From positions 256,001-320,000 of the forward strand of contig CAWAUV010000004.1 in NCBI GenBank assembly GCA_963785305.1: DNA of 64,000 nt. Direction: 5' to 3'. This DNA comes from an uncultured Planctomycetaceae bacterium. Its GTDB lineage: Bacteria > Planctomycetota > Planctomycetia > Pirellulales > PALSA-1355. A model generated the notes under the pieces. The model was not told where the DNA came from, did not search any database, and was given only the letters and a program-made list of their open reading frames with translations. The first letter of the stretch is position 1. Every line of letters starts with the position of its first letter. Below, piece after piece: positions 56,327 through 64,000 of this stretch. The position numbers and the translations under genes were made by a program.

Positions 56327-57862
56327 GTAACTGTTAAGCCGTGGCGTGGCCTGGGCGCGGGGGGGCGGTGGCGATATTGGCGGGGATCGCGGGCGAGGAA
56401 TTTCCGGGGATGGGTCGCGTGGCGGATGTTTTAACTGCTATTGGTGATCGGCAGCGGCAGGGTCTTGCCTTGCAATTTAGCGCGCACGACTTCGATTCCA
56501 TACCTTGCGAAGCTCAAACCGTTTTTCGCGCCGGTCGCGATCACGCTCTTGATTCGGGCGAACGCCGCCGCGCTCCATTCGGTCCGATGCGTGCCGCCAT
56601 CATTCCTCGCCGCCGCCAGGCTTCGGATGTCGCGTTCGGTTCCGTTGTTGTCGGCCGGAACATTCGCATCGTCGAGGAAGGTGAACAATTCGTCCGAGTG
56701 CTTGAACAGCCGCCGCCAGATTCGCAAACATTCGCGATGCCGCACGCGCGTCTCGAGCATCAACGTGTCGAAACGGTTTTGAATCTCGTGTCGGGCCGCG
56801 TTGAAAGCTTTTTTGCCGAGCGACTTGCGCTCGTGGCCCAACCGGATCGCGTCTTGAAACAGCGTGATCAACGGCTGGATGAAGGCCCGCACGCTCGCCG
56901 CCGGCAACGTCTCGCGCAGCTTGTGCAACTCGCGAAGCAAATGGACCAAGCAGCGCTGTTTGCGGCAGTCGAGCCGGTTGTAGACCGCATAAAAATCGCT
57001 GACCAGCGTGCCCGCGAACGATGTGCCCAACGCTCGCTCGAGCACGGCCCGATTGCGATGACGATCGATCAGGAACAATGCCAAGCGCGTGTCTCGAAAA
57101 CACCAGGCCCAAACGGGCTGGCCATCGATCCGCCAGCCGGTCTCATCGCCTTGCACGACCGGCGAATTGCGCAAGAGTTCCCAGAGTTTGTCGACCACCG
57201 GCTCGAACAAAGCGCCGCCCCAACGCAAATGGCCGAGCAATCCGGCCCGGCTGGCCGAAAGACCAAAGAAGTCTTTCAGCAAGTGTTGCGTTTTGCCGAG
57301 CGAGATGCCCAGGTGAACCCGCGCGTAGCAGACCAACAAGCGCGCGCGTGGCCCGATGTGGGCGCCGGGCAGTTCCAAGTCGCCGCGTCCTTGGCAGGTG
57401 GCTTGGCAATGTTCGCAACGGTAGGTATGACGGCGATACCGATGCCATTCGAGCTTGGGCTCTGGAATCTCCGCCATCTCATGGTCTTCGAACTCGCCGT
57501 GGCGGTCAGATCGTGGCCGCCGCAATGCGGACACTCTCGCGGATGCACATCGTGTTCGATGAATACCGTGCCGGGCGGCGGCTCTGGACGAAAGCTGCCC
57601 GGATGTTTGCGAAACTGCTTGCGGCGGCGATCCTGTTCGCCACGCCGCGCATCGCTGGCCGAGCGGGTTTTCTTGCGCCGCTGCAAAAACTTTTGGACTT
57701 GCTGTTCGAGTTGCTCGACGCGCTTGCGCAGCGTGATATTCTCCGCCAGCAACCGGGCGATTTCCGCTTCCAACTCGGCGATCCGTCGATCTCGATCATC
57801 CATGATCCAATCAATGTGACCGAAAACCCAATTTCGGGAAAGAGGAAATGCTTAACAGTTAC
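56327..57862 (-). mobile_element. IS66-family element (single-ORF, ISBst12-like)
   Basis: Perfect 13-bp terminal IRs GTAACTGTTAAGC (56327) and GCTTAACAGTTAC (57850-57862). No flanking target duplication. Confidence 0.9.
56431..57803 (-). CDS. IS66 transposase (frameshift near 57505)
   Basis: N-terminal leucine zipper, CPHCG, QGDETGW, VSDFYAVY, QRCLVHLLR and DNNGTERDIR. Confidence 0.9.
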
Positions 57863-58758
57863 CCCCTCGCGGCGCCTCCCTCTTCGCCTGGGAAACCCTC
57901 TACGCCGGCTACCGCTACGACTCCCTCACTGGACTCTACCTCGCCAGAAATCGTTGGTTGCATCCGCTCATGGGGGTGTGGATCACGAGGGACCCGATGG
58001 GTTTTTTGGGCGATCCGTCGAATCCATGTCGGTATATTCTCGGCAACCCGACGAACGCCGCCGATCCGAGCGGCCTAGACCCCTTCACGACATTGCTCAC
58101 GGTTCCTGAAGTCATACTTGGCCGATTGGGATACATCACGGGAAGCTTACTATTCGATGGAGGAGCGATAGGCGATACTTATTTTGTGCTTGTCGTGAAT
58201 CGCGGACGTGGAATAATAAATGACGGGCCATGGGGAGATCCGATTTCGAGAGGATACGGTCATTTTACATTTCTAGGGACCTCCGTGTCGGGAACGAATA
58301 AAATATGGAGCAGCGGAGGCACGGGATTCAGTGGAAAAGGGTTTTGGGAGAGTCATGGGGTATGCAATACAATTTCCGGAGGGTTTCCAAACAATGACGG
58401 CGCGGGCCAAAACGCCGGTGCCGTGCGTCTCATTGTTGGAACTCCCTGCGACAAGTGCATATATTCAATCAAAATTCGGTATTCAATTGCCCTTGACACA
58501 ACCGCGACATCAGGCGGGGCATCGACGACAACGAAAATTCCGGGGATGTCCGACAAAAAGATTGTTGTCGGTCCACAAGCTCCGACAAAAAAACGTTCGG
58601 GTGCTATCGATGTCGACGTAGAAAAGCCGACTTCGGCCTACACCACGGTTTTTGATTACGAACCCAGCATGGCGCACCCTGGCGGCGCGTCGGGGGTGAC
58701 CTCGTCGACAGTCGAAGTCGAGATCATCAGCGTCAGGAAACGACCAGCGATAAATTGA
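57863..58758 (+). pseudogene. RHS module 2, truncated on the 5' side by IS66, with a beta-rich C-terminal tip
   Basis: Begins CCCCTCGCGGCGCCTCCCTCTTCGCCTGGG, identical to 60773 onward. RDPMG...NPCRYILGNPTNAADPSGL, then a unique tip. Confidence 0.85.
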
Positions 58759-58838
58759 CGATATTTGATAATGCGAGGATCATTGCCGTCGTGTTCAATT
58801 GGGACGGTGTTTGTCATCGCAGCGATTGGTAGATCGAG

Positions 58839-59249
58839 ATGAAGATCAGTCGCAACATGCTGTTCATTGGCGCGGGTGCCGTGGCGTGCTCGGCGACGAT
58901 AGTATTTGCATTGCATTGGCGCACGATTTACACTCGCCACATCGAACAGAACGCGATTCTTGAAACGATGTCCGACTGCGACCCCGGAGCGATATATAGG
59001 CGCGGATATATTTTTCATATTGTGTTTTCCTCGAATCCACGCCGATTCAACGGTCGAGATTTAAAACATCTTTCAGAGCTTAGTCACCTGGAGCGATTGT
59101 GGTTTTATGGGTCGCCGATCAGCGACGACGATTTACCCTATCTATATGATTTGAAAAACATAAAACAGATTTCCTTTCTTCGAACAAACGTCACGCGGAC
59201 AGGAGTTGCTGCTCTCCGCAAGCGCCTTCCAAAAGCCGACATTGATTAA
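58839..59249 (+). CDS. Short membrane-anchored LRR protein, putative immunity 2
   Basis: N-terminal hydrophobic helix, LERLWFYGSPISDDDL, ISFLRTNVTRTGV and LRKRLPKADI cap. Confidence 0.8.
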   Translation: MKISRNMLFIGAGAVACSATIVFALHWRTIYTRHIEQNAILETMSDCDPGAIYRRGYIFHIVFSSNPRRFNGRDLKHLSELSHLERLWFYGSPISDDDLPYLYDLKNIKQISFLRTNVTRTGVAALRKRLPKADID

Positions 59250-59523
59250 ATCGATCAATCATATAATCGCACAATTCAGTGATAATCATTGACGAAGCCG
59301 CTTGTCTGTTCTGTAGCGGTCCAGCGAATCGTGAGTGAACGTTTGTCATCCGGAAAACTTGACGAATTTTGACGGAATGCGCGAGATGCGAAGCCTGCGC
59401 ACGCGAGACATCGCGTCGGATCTTTGACAATTCGCGAAATGGCCGGTGTTGATTGGCCGTCGGGACGCGCCGACATGAGGGCGGGATGCGGTATGGGCCG
59501 GTTGCTACGGGAAGTTCTCGATC

Positions 59524-61559
59524 TACAGCGATTCAGCGGGAACCAGCGTCGTCAACCAGGTGCAAAACGTCTATAATGCCTTCCAGCAGCTTGCCACGCA
59601 GTACCAAGAACACGGTGGCGCCGTGAACACCTCGACCACGCCCAGCGTCCAGTACGGTTATGCCGATGGATCGGCGAACACCGTTCGCCCGACAAGCTTG
59701 ACGTATCCCAGCGGCCGCGTGTTGAACACGATCTACAATAGCGGCGACGACGACGCTCTGTCGCGCGTCAGCGGTTTGGGCGACAGTTCTTATTCGCCGC
59801 TGGTGGCATATACGTACCTGGGGCTCGGCTCGTTTGTGCAACTCACCTATCCGCAGCCCGGCGTCACGTGGACACTGATCACCGGCGCCGGCATCGATCC
59901 GTACGGCGGCCTCGACCAGTTCGGCCGGGTCATCAACAACCTCTGGGAGAATTCGAGCGGCGCGGCGCTCGATGAGATTCAATACACTTACGACCAGGCC
60001 AGCAACCGCACCAGCCGGAAGAACGTCGTCGCCGAATCGCTCGGCGCCCAGTTCGATGAACTTTACGGCTACGATGGCATGCAGCGCTTGAAGAGTTTCA
60101 ACCGCGGAACACTGGTCGAAGCCGGCGGCCAACTCTCGGCGCTCAGCCTGCGTCAGAACTGGCAACTCGACGCGACGGGCAACTGGACCGGCTTCCAAAA
60201 CTTCGACCAAACCGGCGCCACGCCGGCCCTCGATCAGCAGCGAACCAGCGATACGTTTAATGAGATCACCGAAATCTCGGCGACGGTCGGCGCCACCTGG
60301 GTCACGCCCGAATACGACCGCAACGGCAACATGATCGTCATGCCCCAGCCAGCCGCGCCGACGAGCAGCTTCTCAGCGACATACGACGCTTGGAACCGGC
60401 TGATCTCGCTGTCGTTGCTCGATGGCGCGTCGGCGGCCCAGTACGCTTACGATGGCCAGAACTGGCAAATCTACAGTTCCGATAATGCTTTCACTAATTT
60501 CGAGCAATACTACAGCGCGAGCTGGCAACTGTTGGAGAAGCAAGGGGTCGGGCCGGGCGACCTGACGACCTATCAATTCGCGTGGGGACTCCGCTACATC
60601 GACGACTTGATACTACGAGACACCCTCGAATTGCAGATCAACCCTCCCCGCTACTACGCGCTGCAAGACGCCAACTGGAACATGGACGCGATCGTCGACG
60701 CAATCGGCGCGGTGCAGGAACGCTACAGCTATACCGCCTACGGCGTCGTCACGTTCCTCGACCCCGACTTCACCCCTCGCGGCGCCTCCCTCTTCGCCTG
60801 GGAAACCCTCTACGCCGGCTACCGCTGGGACTATGCCACCGGACTCTACCTCGCCAGGAATCGTTGGTTGCATCCGCTCATGGGAGTTTGGACGACCCCG
60901 GACCCTTTGCTTCGCATGCCGCCGTGGGCCAAATTCTTGTACACGGCATGCAAACCTTTAATTATAACCGACCCCTTCGGACTCGCCGGTTGCAGCTTCG
61001 CGGCGAGAGTCGATGTACCGCCGACTTGTAGGTTTTCGGCCTACCTTTATAATGATCCCAACACGGGCGCACAAATTCGTGATGCAACGTTTTTTGCAAG
61101 TTTTTCAGTTGCATACACATTTGCCAAGCCCTGCGGCTGCTGCGAATTTCGGCAGTATGCGATGAATGCCGATAATCGAATCACGTTAACGTTGAACGGC
61201 ACAGTTACTTCGTGGGTAGTGCCATCGGCGTATGCGAACGAAGGCGACGAAGATTGCATCGTTAATACCGCCGGATTCCGCGAATGCTATGGCCGGAAGA
61301 ATAAACCAAATAAACTCAAAAACCCAACAGACGCATATTCGGCGGATGCGTGTAAGTACTATATGTCTGACAGGCCGGGCATCGACTCGCTTAAAGAACT
61401 TGTGCGTGGCAGCATCCAAATGATACTATTCGCATACAGTTATCGGAGCGTTTTGTGCAAAATATCATAGACACATGCAATGGTGGCGTTGTAAGGACCG
61501 ATACAATTGACATTGACTGCGACCGAACGTTTACGGTACAAGAAATTCTAAATAAATAG
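59524..61559 (+). CDS. Orphan RHS module 3 with Cys-rich tip (probable frameshift near 61410-61450; as assembled it stops at 61470)
   Basis: Core nearly identical to module 1. DPFGL, then CGCCEFRQY...CYG...DRPG. An alternative frame continues FVQNIIDTCNGG...NK* to 61559. Confidence 0.88.
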
Positions 61560-61695
61560 TATTCGGCGATGCAACCTATATTGAAAGTGCCGGCAATTTC
61601 AGTGATTGCAGAGATTCTCGGATAGGCTCTTAATGGTCATAAACAATGGCTGTGAGTAAGTTATTTCTCATTCCATGTCTAGATAGGGTCTATCC

Positions 61696-62106
61696 ATGAA
61701 AGTAACTGTACAATTGTCGCGTCGCTTGCTTTTTTTTGTCTTTTTTTCGACTGCTGCGGCTACAGTTTGTTTTCTTTTATCGTTGATCCCTCAATGGCAG
61801 ACTGTCGCTATGCGGAAACAGTTAATTGCGATTCTGGAGCGCGACGGTGCCACGATCTTAGGGCCTGCGCCGATGTTGTGGTCTGCTTGTGTTTCGATTA
61901 GCCACGGCGCCACATACTTCCACAAGCCTGAGAGATTTTCCGATTTGAAGCATCGCTTCTGTGTTCCGGTTGTGCGGGAGCTCTTGGGTGACCGCCCCGT
62001 CGGCTATATTGAATTGCCGTATCAATACGATGATGAGGATTTCAATCGCGTAGCAGCTGCGTTTCCTGAAGCAATGGTCACTCGCTTCGAGCCTGAGCGC
62101 CATTAA
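61696..62106 (+). CDS. Membrane-anchored putative immunity 3
   Basis: SRRLLFFVFF hydrophobic N-terminus, RELLGD motif (compare REWLFGD in immunity 1) and RVAAAFPEA cap. Confidence 0.72.
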   Translation: MKVTVQLSRRLLFFVFFSTAAATVCFLLSLIPQWQTVAMRKQLIAILERDGATILGPAPMLWSACVSISHGATYFHKPERFSDLKHRFCVPVVRELLGDRPVGYIELPYQYDDEDFNRVAAAFPEAMVTRFEPERH

Positions 62107-62580
62107 TTTTGGCTCTTCCGTTTCTGAGTGCTTTGTCCGGTGTCCCGGTCCAGCGAATCTTGAGTGAACGTTTGTGAGCGGGAAACCCCGCAAGATTTTG
62201 GCGAATTGCGCGAGGCTTGTTCTTCGCGCACTCAAGAAATCGCGAGTGATCTTTTACAATTCGAGACATGGCGCGCGTCGAATGGCCTTCGGCGCGCGCC
62301 TCCGCGAAGGCGGGCCGCGGAGCGGACTGCCTATTCCGCGCGAGTCGCGCTAAGCGGCGCGGCGGAGGGAGATGATCGGCAGATGACGCCGGCCTTGATA
62401 GTAGGCGACGTCGAGCTCGATTCGCGCTCCAGGCGCACCGCGAACAAGCGCCTCTGGCCTTGCGCAGGGAACCGCGCGAGGCCAACATGCGCGGCTCGTA
62501 GCGTGGCCGTCGATTATTGGGAAAGAACCCAAAGCAAACTTCGTTCGGCGTTCACCCGCACCGACCTGCTTGTCACCGAA

Positions 62581-63312
62581 ATCTACCCCGACGCCGCCGA
62601 CGCCCTCGACAACGTCACTTACACGTATAATCGCCAGGGCCAACGCACAAGCAAGACCGACCAAAACGGTAGCGTGCATGCCTATAGTTATGACGTTTTG
62701 GGCCGTCAAACCGCCGACAGCATCACCACGCTGGCGGCCAGCGTGGATTCAAGCGTGCAAAACATAGCCGTCAGCTACGAGATTCACGGCTTGGTCTATC
62801 AGATCACCAGCTACGCCAATTCCGCGGGAACCGAAGTCGTCAATCAAGTGCAAAACGAGTACAATGCTTTCCAGCAGTTTGCCACGCAGTACCAAGAACA
62901 CGGTGGCGCCGTGAACACCTCGACCACGCCCAGCGTCCAGTACGGCTACGCTGACGGTTCGGCGAACACCATTCGCCCGACCAGCTTGACATATCCCAAC
63001 GGCCGCGTGTTGAACACGATCTACAATAGCGGCGACGACGACGCTCTGTCGCGCGTCAGCGGTTTGGGCGACAGTTCTTATTCGCCGCTGGTGGCATATA
63101 CGTACCTGGGCTTGGGCTCGTTTGTGCAACTCACCTATCCACAGCCGGGCGTCACGTGGACGCTGATCACCGGCGCCGGCATCGACCCCTACGGCGGCCT
63201 CGACCAGTTCGGCCGGGTCATCAACAACCTCTGGGAGAATTCGAGCGGCGCGGCGCTCGATGAGATTCAATACACCTACGACCAAGCCAGCAACCGCACC
63301 AGCCGGAAGAAC
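62581..63312 (+). pseudogene. RHS module 4, core fragment interrupted by an IS3 element (5' limit approximate)
   Basis: Closely matches 53116-53847 and breaks after ...CGGAAGAAC. Confidence 0.85.
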
Positions 63313-64000
63313 TGTCTTGGTTCACCGTGAACTGGAATTGGCGGTGCCGGGGATTAGCGAGTTGTGAAGGGCATCCTGCCGGGCATTTCGCGGCATCGTG
63401 CCGCGAAGGTTTAACGCATTCGCGCCAATCCCGAAGGATTGGCGAGCGGACGGCGCCGACGATTGCCGGTCGCCGCCCTCTCTTCGGTCTTGGCCGCTGG
63501 GTCGGCGCTCGGGTTGCCCCTCGGCAGAGCCCTATCCTCCGCCCAGTTCAATCATCAATTTAGCGCCGCCGATCGTTTCAGGCAACCTTGGGCGCGGCGT
63601 TGGCGGCGGCACGCGCCGCGCGTCGTCGCTCGCGGGCCGCGTCCAGCTTGGCGTCACGCTCGTCGAATATCCGCTGCTCGATACCGTTCAACTTGTCGCT
63701 CGGCGTGACGTAGCCGATCGCGCTGTGCAATCGCTCGTGGTTGTAGTGCTCCACGAACTTCGTGATCCGTCCTCGCGCCTCTTCGACATCCTCGGGGCAG
63801 GCCGGGCGGATGCACTCGACCTTGAGGCTCTTGTGCCAGCGCTCCAACTTGCCGTTGCTTTGCGGATAAAACGGACTCGTTCGCACATGCGTCATGCCGG
63901 CCAGGCGAATGAACTCCTTGAAATCGCGGGCGATGAACTGCGGGCCGTTGTCGCTGATGATCCGCGGCTTTTCGTCCGGAAACTTTTCTCGCGCGCGTTG
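63313..64000 (-). mobile_element. IS3-family element (right end; runs off the window)
   Basis: TG terminus at the RHS breakpoint. The minus-strand ORF ending at 63578 has ISDNGPQF, YPQSNGKLERWHKSLK and YNHERLHSAIGYVTP. Confidence 0.85.

Noticed and set aside
62111..62140. GGCTCTTCCG... after an AT-rich run, resembling an ISL3 end
   Set aside because: There is no partner inverted repeat or ISL3 transposase in the window, and it is too short to support.

Overview
GC-rich bacterial chromosome segment, most likely Planctomycetota (inferred from DUF1559-type proteins, 'RQFTLR'-type N-terminal anchors and REP-like palindromes). (1) 1-8217 is the right end of an integrated phage-like or satellite element: HNH nuclease, cos-like gap, PLD-like gene, TerS, TerL, a helical protein and a prohead protease with a long tail. 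No portal, capsid or tail gene is visible. These are followed by a ~670-bp non-coding array of repeats and variable palindromes, a small RHH-like regulator, and a tyrosine integrase ending at an att site made of the 3' half of tRNA-Cys. (2) About 8.4-52.9 kb is mostly housekeeping and metabolic genes (leuS, mntH, nfo, recA, thpR, glgP, DEAD helicase, hemW, serC, xylB) plus a KamA + two ATP-grasp ligase cluster. (3) 53.1-64 kb holds four start-less (orphan) RHS modules, three with distinct C-terminal tips each followed by a membrane-anchored LRR-type putative immunity gene, interrupted by IS66 and IS3. Many genes carry single-base frameshifts that are probably assembly errors. The most unusual signal is the palindrome array at 5829-6500.
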